DNA from: Bacteriovoracaceae bacterium UBA4097 | Lineage (GTDB): Bacteria; Bdellovibrionota; Bacteriovoracia; Bacteriovoracales; Bacteriovoracaceae | DNA: 64,000 bases | Reading direction: 5' to 3' | Assembly (NCBI GenBank): GCA_002381765.1 | Contig: DFXX01000037.1 | Location: forward strand, 223 to 64,222 | Shown here: positions 7,711 through 17,236 of the stretch, piece by piece | Position numbering within the stretch: the stretch's first letter is position 1 | How the letters are laid out: each line of letters opens with the position of its first letter | Made by a program: the position numbers and the translations under genes | Notes under the pieces: model-generated | Seen by the model: the letters and a program-made list of their open reading frames with translations, nothing else | Database searches by the model: none | Told to the model about the DNA's origin: nothing

Positions 7711-10023
7711 ATGATTGCTGATTTTCATGCACTAGGTAAAGAAGACAAATTTGTGGGATCCAAGGCCTATGTGCTTGCCATGATGGCGCAGGAAGGATTG
7801 CCGGTTCCGGCGGGATTAATTCTTACCCATCTGCCTGATAGAAATGAAGAGTGGCAGGAGATCAAAGAGTGGTGGCAAAAACAAGCTCTGGCCCCACTTG
7901 CTGTTCGTTCGTCTGCTTTTGGAGAAGATTCTGAGGAGATGAGTTTTGCGGGACAGAATCAAACTTTTCTTGGCGTAAAAGACTTTGAGGAATTGAAGAC
8001 AGCGATCAAGGCATGCTTTAAGTCGGTTGATCGAGAAGCTTCTCAGAGATATCGGCAGTTTTTCATGGGAGAGAAGAAAGATGTTCCCATGAATATTCTT
8101 CTGCAGGTAATGGTAGATGCCCATTTTGCGGGGGTATATTTCACCGTTAACCCGACTTGTACAGAGGAGGGAGCAGTCTTGGAATACATTGAAGGACTAG
8201 GAGAAGGTCTGGTTTCAGGACAGGTGAATCCCTTTCGTGTGTTTAAGAATCGCTTAGAATGCAGTGGACCTCTTGAAAGAAAAGTAATCGATGAAGTCTT
8301 TTCTCTTGGAGAGCAGGTTGAGAAGAAGCTTGCTCAGAAAATTGATATGGAATGGGCGATAGGTCATGATTCTCGACTTTATCTCCTTCAGGCCAGACCC
8401 ATTACATCTTCTAGATCTGAGTCAAGACAAAGAACTCTTCTAACAGAAGAGCTTGAACGCATTGAGAACAAATATCCCAAAGATACTTGGTGGGATGGAC
8501 AGACTTTCGCGGAGTGGACTGGACAGCCAAGTCACCTCACCTTTGAAGTTTGGAAAAGGGCCTTTGCACCAAAAGGGGCCTTTGATATTGCACTCAAAGA
8601 ATTAGGCTATCTAGGTTTTGCAGATGGCCCATTTTCTCCTCATGAATCTATAATGGAGCGCATCTTTGGTCGAGGCTTTATAAATATGAGTCAGATGGTG
8701 CCTTTGTATTTTGGCCCCATTCCCTATCGCATTGAGCCTCGTCCTCGCTCACATTTGAAATTTGAATGGTATAAGGTGAGTCCAGTTGGAATTCTAAATA
8801 CACCAGTCAGTATGTGGCGAATGATAAGGGTGGGGTGGAACATGTCCACCAATCGTCGTCAATGGATTGAAAAATCCCGAAAGGAGCTGGTTGATTTTAA
8901 GCATAAGCTTCAGCGACCATCTAAAGGAGGCTTTTATTCTGACTGGCAAGATGAGGCATTGTTAAATCTTTGGCAGAAAGAAATCGCGAACTTCTCAAGA
9001 GTGAGTCTTAAGTGGCCACTAGTTCTGGTGGTCTTGATTGAGGCCACTCACCAAAGCCTACGGGCAATTCTTACAAGCATCGTAGGAGTGGAAAAAGTCG
9101 AAGAATATCTTCAGCGCTGGATGGGGGCAGGTCTAAATACAGCGAGCTTTGAAATGAACCGCTACTTTAGTCGCGCTCAGGAAGAGCCATTAAAGCGTGA
9201 ATTCTTTTTTTCACGCTTCGGCCACCGCGGACCTGGAGAGCTAGATCTCTCGCATCCTCGTTGGGAAGAACTAGGGGAGAGTATTTTTGGAACAGGAAGA
9301 ACTGAGCATCAAGGCAAGCATACAGAAGTTGATGTAGAAGCTGAAATAAACACCTTTAAGAGTTTCAAGGATTCTGTTCTTAAGGAAGAATGGAAACTTC
9401 TAAAAGAGCTCCTTGAATTAAGAGAGCAGTGGAAGATGGAAATCCTACGTCCTTATGCTCATATTCGCTATAGCAGTTTGGAACTTGGCCGCAGATTAAA
9501 TATTGGTAATGATATCTTTCTTCTCTCTCCAGAAGAGGTCGAGGACCTTTATTATAAAAAGCTCTCTTTGGTTGAAGTAAAAAAAATCGTAAAAAAACGT
9601 AAAGAAGAGTCCGATGCTTATAAGGGGATATATCTTCCGGACATTCTCAAAAAAGAAGACATCAAAGACTCTCTTTTAAACAGTGAAATCACTGCCAATT
9701 CTTTCCGAGGCATTCCTTTAAGTCACGGAATCGTGAAGGGAGTTGTGTGTGTGGTGAACGATCCTTCGGAAGTAGATTTTTCTAGCTGGCCTAGTGACGC
9801 CATTCTCGTTGCTCCTGCTACCGACCCAGGATGGACTGCTCTATTTACTCGCTCCCGAGGAGTTATTGTGGAGCGGGGTGGAGTCTTGAGTCACTGTGCG
9901 ATTCTTGCTAGAGAATTAGGTGTCCCGGGAATAAATCTTCCTCGGGCGACACAGATCTTAAAAAATGGCGATCACATCTGGCTTGATGGCCATAACGGTG
10001 GGGTAAAAAATGACAATGCCTAA
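7711..10023 (+). CDS. PEP-utilising phosphotransferase (PPDK ATP-grasp N-domain + central domain + phospho-His swivel); rifampin phosphotransferase-like architecture
   Basis: GSKA, AVRSSAFGEDS, SFAGQ, DMEWA, LLQARPIT, FGHRGPGELD, TDPGWT, GGVLSHCAILARELGVP. Confidence 0.9.
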   Translation: MIADFHALGKEDKFVGSKAYVLAMMAQEGLPVPAGLILTHLPDRNEEWQEIKEWWQKQALAPLAVRSSAFGEDSEEMSFAGQNQTFLGVKDFEELKTAIKACFKSVDREASQRYRQFFMGEKKDVPMNILLQVMVDAHFAGVYFTVNPTCTEEGAVLEYIEGLGEGLVSGQVNPFRVFKNRLECSGPLERKVIDEVFSLGEQVEKKLAQKIDMEWAIGHDSRLYLLQARPITSSRSESRQRTLLTEELERIENKYPKDTWWDGQTFAEWTGQPSHLTFEVWKRAFAPKGAFDIALKELGYLGFADGPFSPHESIMERIFGRGFINMSQMVPLYFGPIPYRIEPRPRSHLKFEWYKVSPVGILNTPVSMWRMIRVGWNMSTNRRQWIEKSRKELVDFKHKLQRPSKGGFYSDWQDEALLNLWQKEIANFSRVSLKWPLVLVVLIEATHQSLRAILTSIVGVEKVEEYLQRWMGAGLNTASFEMNRYFSRAQEEPLKREFFFSRFGHRGPGELDLSHPRWEELGESIFGTGRTEHQGKHTEVDVEAEINTFKSFKDSVLKEEWKLLKELLELREQWKMEILRPYAHIRYSSLELGRRLNIGNDIFLLSPEEVEDLYYKKLSLVEVKKIVKKRKEESDAYKGIYLPDILKKEDIKDSLLNSEITANSFRGIPLSHGIVKGVVCVVNDPSEVDFSSWPSDAILVAPATDPGWTALFTRSRGVIVERGGVLSHCAILARELGVPGINLPRATQILKNGDHIWLDGHNGGVKNDNA

Positions 10024-11479
10024 TGAACTGGTTCCTATGATTATCCCGACGGTCATGATCCCCCTTACCTTGGTCAGTGTGGGGATTTCAGTGGTGGCGA
10101 GTTTTATTGCGGCCCTCTTTGGTATTGAACTAAAACTGGAAGGCCCTAAAAAATTATTAGAAGTACTCCTTAAACCCAAGGTGCTGGCCACGGCCTTTCT
10201 GTTTAATGCCATCATCTTGAGTGGAGTTTATGCCTGGAAATGGTGGATGAACTATCCCAAGTTAATAAGTACCATTGAACGAGAAATGGAGATTAGGGCC
10301 AGGCCTTCAGAGATTGTGTACTCAAATAAAGCATCAGCTCAACCAGTCTTTAAATCACTCTCGTCCTCCAAAAAAATTCACCAAGGTATCGATCAGCTCT
10401 GGCATTTGGATATGAAGGCGGGAGCATTTCGGGCGCCAACCATCGTGAATGGCAGGGCCTTCTCAGGAAATAAGGATGGAATTATTAGCGAGATTGATCT
10501 GGCCAGTGGAGAGGTGATCAGGACTTTCTTCACTGGGACTATGTCCTCACCCGAAGTGACTATCTGGAATAACTCTCTTTATGTTGGAGAAGGTGTTCAC
10601 GACACTCATCACGCTCGGGTTTACCGCTTTGACTTAAAGTCGGGAAAACTTCAGGGAAGTTATCAAACTCTGGGGCACACCGAAGGCCAGGCCATTGTAG
10701 GCTCTTACCAAGGAGAGGACACCCTCTTTGTGGTTGGGGGATTCGATGGTCTGCATGCCGTAGATCCACTCAGCATGAAGCTCAAATGGAAGGTTAATCC
10801 GGGACACATGGATGCTGCCGTTGTGCTTGATGATGGAGGAAGGGTATTTTTTGGAACTGGAAGAGAGAAGCATGATGAGGCAAAATATAAGTCCTATGCA
10901 GTCTCGGTTGATTTCAAAACTGGACAGATTCTCTGGAAACAAGAGCTACCAGCGTCCAGCTGGATGCGACCAGTAGTTATAAATCAGGATGTCTGTTTTG
11001 TCACAGGTGAGGTTTATTTTCCCAGCGAGAAAGGGCATCTTGCTTGCTTTGACCGCATGAGTGGAGAGCATTCTGCGGGTCTACACACATCACTTCCCTT
11101 GGTAGGAATGCCTAAGGCCTTGGACAATGACATTCTCTATACTTCTCTTAAAGGACATGTTTGTCGCTTTGACGTCAGCTCTCGTCGCAATCGATGGTGC
11201 TTTAATGCAAAAATGAAGGACAGCTCTTTTGCAGGGGCAAGTTATTATGCTCCTTCTCATGTTGTACTCTATCCTTCCGTAAATGATGGTCTCTACATAC
11301 TTGATGCTGATACCGGAGAGATGCTTATGAATTGGAAAGCAAATAAGTCAGAAGGAGAATGGTTAAGAACAGTTGCCGATGTTGCAGTAGAGGGCGATCT
11401 GTGGATTGTTTCTGACTACGAGGGCACATTGCGGGCCTTACGACCTCGATTTCTCCCACAAATGGCCCAAGACAAATAA
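10010..11479 (+). CDS. Membrane-anchored PQQ/BamB-like beta-propeller protein
   Basis: Two N-terminal hydrophobic helices, repeated DxxTG/SG..W blades; overlaps upstream gene. Confidence 0.85.
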   Translation: MTMPNELVPMIIPTVMIPLTLVSVGISVVASFIAALFGIELKLEGPKKLLEVLLKPKVLATAFLFNAIILSGVYAWKWWMNYPKLISTIEREMEIRARPSEIVYSNKASAQPVFKSLSSSKKIHQGIDQLWHLDMKAGAFRAPTIVNGRAFSGNKDGIISEIDLASGEVIRTFFTGTMSSPEVTIWNNSLYVGEGVHDTHHARVYRFDLKSGKLQGSYQTLGHTEGQAIVGSYQGEDTLFVVGGFDGLHAVDPLSMKLKWKVNPGHMDAAVVLDDGGRVFFGTGREKHDEAKYKSYAVSVDFKTGQILWKQELPASSWMRPVVINQDVCFVTGEVYFPSEKGHLACFDRMSGEHSAGLHTSLPLVGMPKALDNDILYTSLKGHVCRFDVSSRRNRWCFNAKMKDSSFAGASYYAPSHVVLYPSVNDGLYILDADTGEMLMNWKANKSEGEWLRTVADVAVEGDLWIVSDYEGTLRALRPRFLPQMAQDK

Positions 11480-12007
11480 TTCAAATCCCGCCACTAACCC
11501 TAGGCCATGGGCGATTAGGGTTAGTGGATTTTCCGTCTGCCATTGAGAGTAAGTAATAACAGCAGAAACCAAGACCAGCATAAAATATTTCTTTTGCATG
11601 ATGGCCCAGTAGCTAAATAGACCCATGATAATATGACTCAATCCTAGAAATGCTTTTCCATCTAGGGCCCAGAAAAAATGAGTGATGATGAGTAGAAGCA
11701 GGACTTCGACATGAATAATTAAAATGCATAGGGCGAGATGGGGACCGGAATTTTTTCTCTCAATCATCATCCCTAATGGAACAAAAAAAATAAGATTTAT
11801 AAAAAGGTGTTTAAGATTAAGATGAAGAAAGGGCGAGAGGATTAAGCTTCCTCCCCATGACCTCAGAGGCTCGGCCGGCATGAAACTTAACCACTTCGCG
11901 GGATGACCCTCAACTCCATAGAGTGAATTATCGAATGTAGGTATTAAAAAATTAATAGCGATGGTGAAGACAATAAAACTAAGAGTAATAAAAGGGCGCT
12001 TATTCAT
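11438..12007 (-). CDS. Rhomboid-family intramembrane protease
   Basis: PFLHLNLKHLFIN, GLS (catalytic Ser), AHGLG (catalytic His); start probably MNKRPF. Confidence 0.8.
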   Translation of the reverse strand: MNKRPFITLSFIVFTIAINFLIPTFDNSLYGVEGHPAKWLSFMPAEPLRSWGGSLILSPFLHLNLKHLFINLIFFVPLGMMIERKNSGPHLALCILIIHVEVLLLLIITHFFWALDGKAFLGLSHIIMGLFSYWAIMQKKYFMLVLVSAVITYSQWQTENPLTLIAHGLGLVAGFELFVLGHLWEKSRS

Positions 12008-12057
12008 ATACTTCCAAGAGAATTTCCATAAATAAATGGCTTCACTCGACATTATCA

Positions 12058-12089
12058 TTGACTCCGTACCATGGTACAGATGATAACTT
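12058..12089 (+). promoter_or_regulatory. MerR-type promoter/operator
   Basis: TTGACT -35, dyad TCCGTACCATGGTACAGA (12063-12080), over-long 19-20 bp spacer, TAACTT -10; nearly identical to the Tn501/Tn21 mer operator TCCGTACATGAGTACGGA. Confidence 0.9.
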
Positions 12090-12094
12090 CATTT

Positions 12095-12517
12095 ATGCAA
12101 AAAATAACCATCGGAAAATTGGCGCAGATGGCCGGAGTGGGTGTCGAGACTGTGCGCTTTTATCAGAGGAAAGAACTTTTAAGAGAGCCTGAATCGAGTG
12201 GTTCCTTCAGATCATATACTGAGGAAGATGCCCAAAAAATCATATTTATTAAAAAGGCCCAGGAATTGGGTTTTTCTCTAGCAGAAGTCAAAGAGCTCTT
12301 GGAGCTCAATACTAAGCCGCGATTGACCTGTGGAACCGTTAAAAAGAAGACGCTTGAGAAAATTAATGAAATCGATCAGAAGATTGAAGATCTCTTGAAG
12401 ATGAAGGCTAGTCTTGTGAAGCTCTCCTGCGCTTGTAACTCGCAACAAGATAGTTATAAACAATATAAAGTCCAGGAATGCTTTGAACTGGGTCTTGGAC
12501 TTGAAGGGAAGTTATGA
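12095..12517 (+). CDS. MerR-family metal-responsive regulator
   Basis: TIGKLAQMAGVGVETVRFYQRK HTH, AQELGFSLAEVKELL, Cys79/112/114/129; start at 12095 because ATG 12071 lies inside the operator. Confidence 0.92.
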   Translation: MQKITIGKLAQMAGVGVETVRFYQRKELLREPESSGSFRSYTEEDAQKIIFIKKAQELGFSLAEVKELLELNTKPRLTCGTVKKKTLEKINEIDQKIEDLLKMKASLVKLSCACNSQQDSYKQYKVQECFELGLGLEGKL

Positions 12518-12942
12518 GTAAAAAAAATCTTATGTTCTTGTGTACCGGGAATTCTTGTCGCTCTCAAATGGCCGAAGGATGGGCCCGTAAGTACTGGGGA
12601 AATGAGTTTGAGGTCTATTCGGCCGGGACCAAAAAGCATGGTATGAATGAAAGGGCCATGAAGGTCATGAAAGAAGCTGGAGTAGATATCTCTGCCCACT
12701 TTTCAAAAACCACTGAAGAACTACCTAATGTGACTTTTGATTATGTGGTGACCGTGTGTGATCACGCCCATGAAAACTGTCCCTATTTTCCAGGTGGCAA
12801 GATCGTTCATGTAGGTTTTCAGGATCCTCCTGCCTTAACTCGCGAGATGCAGAATGAGGAAGAGATTCTTGCTGTTTATCGCCGAGTGCGAGATGAGATA
12901 GAGGTTTTTGTTAAAGATATGAAGAAAGTATTGGAGAAATAA
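12514..12942 (+). CDS. arsC: Thioredoxin-dependent arsenate reductase (LMW-PTP fold)
   Basis: CTGNSCRSQMAEG, VTVCDHAHENCP, FQDP, VRDEI. Confidence 0.95.
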   Translation: MSKKNLMFLCTGNSCRSQMAEGWARKYWGNEFEVYSAGTKKHGMNERAMKVMKEAGVDISAHFSKTTEELPNVTFDYVVTVCDHAHENCPYFPGGKIVHVGFQDPPALTREMQNEEEILAVYRRVRDEIEVFVKDMKKVLEK

Positions 12943-13953
12943 ATGGGCTTTTTTGAGCGCTATCTCACAGTTTGGGTGGGTTTATGTATTGTGGTGGGCA
13001 TTGTGCTGGGTCAACTTACAGGGGATTCTATTAAAGTCTTAAGTAACTTTAATATTTCTACGGTAAATGTTCCGGTGGCCATTCTTGTTTGGCTTATGAT
13101 CTACCCCATGATGGTTCAGATTGATTTTAGCTCCATTAGAAAAGTAGGATCAAACCCCAAGGGACTTGCTCTTACTCTCATCATCAATTGGTTGATTAAG
13201 CCCTTCACCATGGCCTTCTTTGCCTGGATCTTCTTTGATAAGCTGTATGCCGCTTATCTCAGTCCTGAACTCGCGCAAGAATATATTGCAGGAGCGATTC
13301 TCTTAGGAGCTGCCCCTTGTACCGCCATGGTTTTTGTGTGGTCTTATCTCACCGATGGAGATCCGGGATATACCTTAGTTCAGGTGGCAGTGAATGATCT
13401 CATTCTTTTGATTGCTTTCATCCCTATTGTGAAATTTCTCTTAGGTGTAACGAATATCGAAATTCCTTTTGACGCTCTTCTTTCTTCGGTGGTGATCTTT
13501 GTGGTTCTACCCTTGGTGGCGGGCTTTATTTCCAATCGGGTCTTGATTAAATCCAGAGGAGAGCACTGGTTCAAAACAGTCTTTCTTCCAAGACTCAAAC
13601 CCATCTCAATTATGGCCTTGCTTTCAACCCTTGTTCTTCTCTTTGCTTTTCAGGGAGAGAAGATCATCGATTCTCCCTTTAATATATTATTAATAGCCAT
13701 TCCTCTCACTATCCAAACCTATCTCATTTTCTTTCTGGCCTGGTGGATTGGAAAGGGCATGAAGCTTCCTCACTGCATCTGTTCCCCGGCCTCCATGATT
13801 GGGGCGAGTAACTTCTTTGAACTAGCGGTGGCGGTGGCAATTGCTCTCTTTGGCCTAAACTCAGGAGCAGCACTAGTGACAGTGGTAGGAGTTCTGATTG
13901 AAGTACCTGTGATGCTCTCTTTAGTGAAACTATCAAATAAATGGAAATACTAG
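12943..13953 (+). CDS. acr3: ACR3-family arsenite efflux transporter
   Basis: [61 protein letters not shown]. Confidence 0.97.
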   Translation: MGFFERYLTVWVGLCIVVGIVLGQLTGDSIKVLSNFNISTVNVPVAILVWLMIYPMMVQIDFSSIRKVGSNPKGLALTLIINWLIKPFTMAFFAWIFFDKLYAAYLSPELAQEYIAGAILLGAAPCTAMVFVWSYLTDGDPGYTLVQVAVNDLILLIAFIPIVKFLLGVTNIEIPFDALLSSVVIFVVLPLVAGFISNRVLIKSRGEHWFKTVFLPRLKPISIMALLSTLVLLFAFQGEKIIDSPFNILLIAIPLTIQTYLIFFLAWWIGKGMKLPHCICSPASMIGASNFFELAVAVAIALFGLNSGAALVTVVGVLIEVPVMLSLVKLSNKWKY

Positions 13954-13963
13954 GAACGTTATT

Positions 13964-14665
13964 ATGTTTTTAGATGACGTGAATTTTAACTTAAGGCCAA
14001 CTCTGGGCGATGTTCTAAAGAGTAATCATCCTCCACGTATTTTGATTCTTTATGGATCACTGCGAGAGCGCTCTTTTAGTCGGCTCTTGTCTGAAGAGGC
14101 AGGAAGAATTCTGCTTCTTATGGGGGCCGAGGTAAAGTTTTTTAACCCCACTGAGCTTCCCATGTTTGATAATAACCGCTCGGTAGATCACCCTAAGGTT
14201 CAGGAGTTAAGAGAATTAAGCCTCTGGTCTGAGGGGCAAGTTTGGTCTAGTCCCGAGCTTCATGGAAATCTCTCAGGAGTCATGAAAAATCAGATTGATT
14301 GGATTCCTTTAACTTTGGGCGCCGTAAGACCCACACAAGGAAGAACTCTTGCCGTGATGCAAGTCTCGGGGGGAAGTCAGTCCTTTAATGCCGTGAACTC
14401 CATGCGACTTCTGGGTAGATGGATGCGGATGATTACCATTCCTAATCAATCCTCTGTTGCCAGGGCCTATGATGAGTTTTATGAGGATGGAACAATGAAG
14501 GCTTCTGCTTATAGAGATCGAGTGGTGGATGTGATGGAAGAGCTTATGCGTTTTACTTATTTGACCAGAGATATTTCAGGATTTTTAGTGGATCGGTTTA
14601 GTGAAAGAAAGCAGTTCGTGAACCCAACTGCTAAGCAGACCATAGAAGATCAGGGGAAGAAGTAG
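13964..14665 (+). CDS. arsH: NADPH-dependent FMN reductase / organoarsenical oxidase ArsH
   Basis: [58 protein letters not shown]. Confidence 0.97.
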   Translation: MFLDDVNFNLRPTLGDVLKSNHPPRILILYGSLRERSFSRLLSEEAGRILLLMGAEVKFFNPTELPMFDNNRSVDHPKVQELRELSLWSEGQVWSSPELHGNLSGVMKNQIDWIPLTLGAVRPTQGRTLAVMQVSGGSQSFNAVNSMRLLGRWMRMITIPNQSSVARAYDEFYEDGTMKASAYRDRVVDVMEELMRFTYLTRDISGFLVDRFSERKQFVNPTAKQTIEDQGKK

Positions 14666-14667
14666 TT

Positions 14668-15384
14668 ATGATTCAATTTGTTGGAGCTGTCGATAAAGAT
14701 TATGAGATCTTGATTAAAGATGTCTTTGCACAATATGGTTTGGCCAGTGTGTTTATTCCTATAGATAATTTATCTGATGGGACAATTATTTCACTTTCTA
14801 AAGAAGCAACACGTGAGTTAGAGGCAAAGAAAACTACCTTTTATAACTGGGATCTTTTGTTCTCAGTTTTAGGCCCTAACGATCTTTCTACTGATCTTGA
14901 GAGGAAAATTATCGAACGGATGAAAATACTCCAGGCCATTATGAATTTAAAGATTCCAATATCTAAGTTGGAGCTTCATGGCAGTATTAGAGTTAAAGAC
15001 CTTTCTCTTTCCGCTCGGTTTTATTCTTGGCTTTTTGGAGTGAAACCTAAGGAGTGGACTCATCGATATGTCACCTTTCATCGCCTGGATACTAAGTTTA
15101 ACTTTGTTTTACTTGTCTCAGATGGAAAGGAGCTTCATCACGATACACTTTATCATCTTGGAGTGGGAGTTGAATCAAAGGATAAAGTTGTTGAGTTCTA
15201 TCAATCAGCAATAGAGAATGGATTTTACGTTGAAAAAAAACCTCGAACAACCTGGAGAGGAACTCCACTCCATGAATTGTGGCTAAAAGATCCTGATGGG
15301 ACTTTAATTGAAATATATTCTCGACTAACGAGAGAAGAACTTGAAGGAATGCCTTTAAATAAAGAACCAATTGAATTGGTATGA
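14668..15384 (+). CDS. Fusion: unknown N-domain + VOC/glyoxalase (ArsI/CadI-like) domain
   Basis: LHGSIRVKDL..SARFY, YHLGVGV, WLKDPDGTLIEIY; lacks the ArsI vicinal Cys pair. Confidence 0.8.
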   Translation: MIQFVGAVDKDYEILIKDVFAQYGLASVFIPIDNLSDGTIISLSKEATRELEAKKTTFYNWDLLFSVLGPNDLSTDLERKIIERMKILQAIMNLKIPISKLELHGSIRVKDLSLSARFYSWLFGVKPKEWTHRYVTFHRLDTKFNFVLLVSDGKELHHDTLYHLGVGVESKDKVVEFYQSAIENGFYVEKKPRTTWRGTPLHELWLKDPDGTLIEIYSRLTREELEGMPLNKEPIELV

Positions 15385-16442
15385 ATCATAATGAACTTCG
15401 GGATGTTATCATTATTGGTGGTGGTCAGAGTGCTCTTGCCACTGCTTATTTTTTACATCGAGAAGGTATTAATTTCTTGATCCTTGATGCTAATGCTTTA
15501 CCAGGTGGTTCATGGCCTAAAACTTGGGATTCTCTCAAATTGTTCTCGCCTAAAGAGTATAGCTCTCTACCTGGTTGGATGATGCCACCTACTAAAGGAG
15601 CTTATCCACTCAAGGAAGAAGTAATTAACTATCTCTCTGAATATGAGAAGCGTTACAATTTTGAGATTAGGCGATCTTCTCTTGTAAGAAATGTCTCCTA
15701 TGAGAACGGACGCTTTAAGATTGAAACTGATCAAGGCTTATTAATAACTAAGGTTGTGGTCAGCGCTACCGGTAATTGGGGAAATCCATTTGTTCCAGCG
15801 TATGCGGGAAAAGAGTTATTTAGGGGACATCAAATTCATTCGGCTTTCTATAAAAATCCTGATGACTTTAGGGGGAAGCGTGTACTTATTGTAGGAGGTG
15901 GAAATTCAGCTGCTCAGATACTAGCAGAAGTCTCCAATGTTGCCGAAACATTTTGGGTAACTAAAGTGCCTCCCGAATTTTTGCCAGATGAAGTAGACGG
16001 AAGGTTCTTGTTTAATCTTGCTACGAGAAATTATCAGGCGATGCTTAAGGGAGAAATTCTCCATGATGCTCATGATCTCTCGAAAATAGTCATGGTTGAA
16101 TCTGTGAAAGAAGCTCGAAAGAGGGGGATTCTTAGGGCCTATGGAGTGTTTGATCATTTTACAACTGATTCAGTAGTTTGGTCTGATGGGCACAAAGAAA
16201 TAATAGACGCAATTATCTGGTGTACTGGCTTTCAACCAAACTTAGCTCACCTTTCATCATTAAATATTAGAAATAAGGAGGGTAAGATTATAACCGAAGG
16301 TCCTAAATCATTAAAATGCCCTGGACTATGGTTTGTGGGATACGGAGATTGGGCCGGCTTTGCTGCGGGCACTTTGATCGGCGTTCAGAGATGGGCAAGA
16401 CTAACGGCAATTGAAATTAAGAAATTTTTAAATCCTGTTTAA
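15381..16442 (+). CDS. ArsO-like NAD(P)H-dependent flavin monooxygenase
   Basis: IIGGGQSAL, LFSP, FRGHQIHSAFY, VGGGNSAAQI, FLPDEVDGRFLF, WCTGF, VGYGDW; last gene of ars operon. Confidence 0.88.
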   Translation: MNHNELRDVIIIGGGQSALATAYFLHREGINFLILDANALPGGSWPKTWDSLKLFSPKEYSSLPGWMMPPTKGAYPLKEEVINYLSEYEKRYNFEIRRSSLVRNVSYENGRFKIETDQGLLITKVVVSATGNWGNPFVPAYAGKELFRGHQIHSAFYKNPDDFRGKRVLIVGGGNSAAQILAEVSNVAETFWVTKVPPEFLPDEVDGRFLFNLATRNYQAMLKGEILHDAHDLSKIVMVESVKEARKRGILRAYGVFDHFTTDSVVWSDGHKEIIDAIIWCTGFQPNLAHLSSLNIRNKEGKIITEGPKSLKCPGLWFVGYGDWAGFAAGTLIGVQRWARLTAIEIKKFLNPV

Positions 16443-16444
16443 AT

Positions 16445-16810
16445 TTATTTTGATTTCTTTCTAAAGTTTTCACTATTGAGTAAGGCCTCAGCAAAAAGAC
16501 CGGTATACATAGCAAATAAGGCCGTACCACTTAGCATGGTAAGGATGCCTAGGATTTTTCCTAAGATTGTTACCGGAGTTATATCTCCGTAACCCGTGGT
16601 TGTGGCCGTAGCAAAGCTCCACCAAATGGCATCGATAAAAAGCATGTCAGGATTGACACTGGTTTCAATATAAAAGAAGGCTGTCCCCACTAGTCCTATA
16701 AATCCATTGCCTACGATGGTAAGCATGATAAAAACCGGACTAAAGACCAAATTAAATATTTCTCTAGCAAAAAAACCCAAATTTACGAAGATATGTCTTC
16801 TCATGGTCAT
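16445..16810 (-). CDS. Minimal two-TM potassium channel pore protein
   Basis: DAIWWSFATATTTGYGDITP selectivity filter flanked by two TM helices. Confidence 0.9.
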   Translation of the reverse strand: MTMRRHIFVNLGFFAREIFNLVFSPVFIMLTIVGNGFIGLVGTAFFYIETSVNPDMLFIDAIWWSFATATTTGYGDITPVTILGKILGILTMLSGTALFAMYTGLFAEALLNSENFRKKSK

Positions 16811-16870
16811 ATTTTACTCAAACTCTTAATTAAGCTCCACTTAATTCATAAAGTTTTCTATATTAATGAC

Positions 16871-17236
16871 ATGAAAAATATTGATTTGATTAAGGTAAAT
16901 GCTCTGATTGAAGAATTTATTGCCCAGAGAGATTGGGATCAGTTCCACTCTCTTAAGAATCTCGTCATGGCCTTATCTGTTGAAAGCTCTGAGCTGCTGG
17001 AGATTTTTCAATGGCTAACTGAAGAAGAATCTAGGTCCCTAAAAGACGATCCGGTGAAAAAGCAGAGACTTGAAGAAGAAGTGGCCGATGTCTTCGTGTA
17101 TCTCATGCGTATAGTTTCCAAAGCCGATATCAATCTGGAAGAAGTGGTCCTAAGAAAAATTAGTGCCAATGCAGAGAAATATCCGGTAGAGCTCTCACGT
17201 GGCAAGGCCACCAAGTACAAGGATCTCTTGAAATGA
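16871..17236 (+). CDS. MazG-like nucleotide pyrophosphohydrolase (dCTPase type)
   Basis: RDWDQFHSLKNL, ESSELLEIFQW, EEVADV, KYPVE; start MKNID. Confidence 0.92.
   Translation: MKNIDLIKVNALIEEFIAQRDWDQFHSLKNLVMALSVESSELLEIFQWLTEEESRSLKDDPVKKQRLEEEVADVFVYLMRIVSKADINLEEVVLRKISANAEKYPVELSRGKATKYKDLLK

Noticed and set aside
7711-10023. PEP synthase (ppsA) or PPDK
   Set aside because: No C-terminal pyruvate-binding barrel; the His swivel domain is terminal
12071-12094. ATG 12071 as merR start
   Set aside because: Lies at the centre of the operator dyad, upstream of the -10 box
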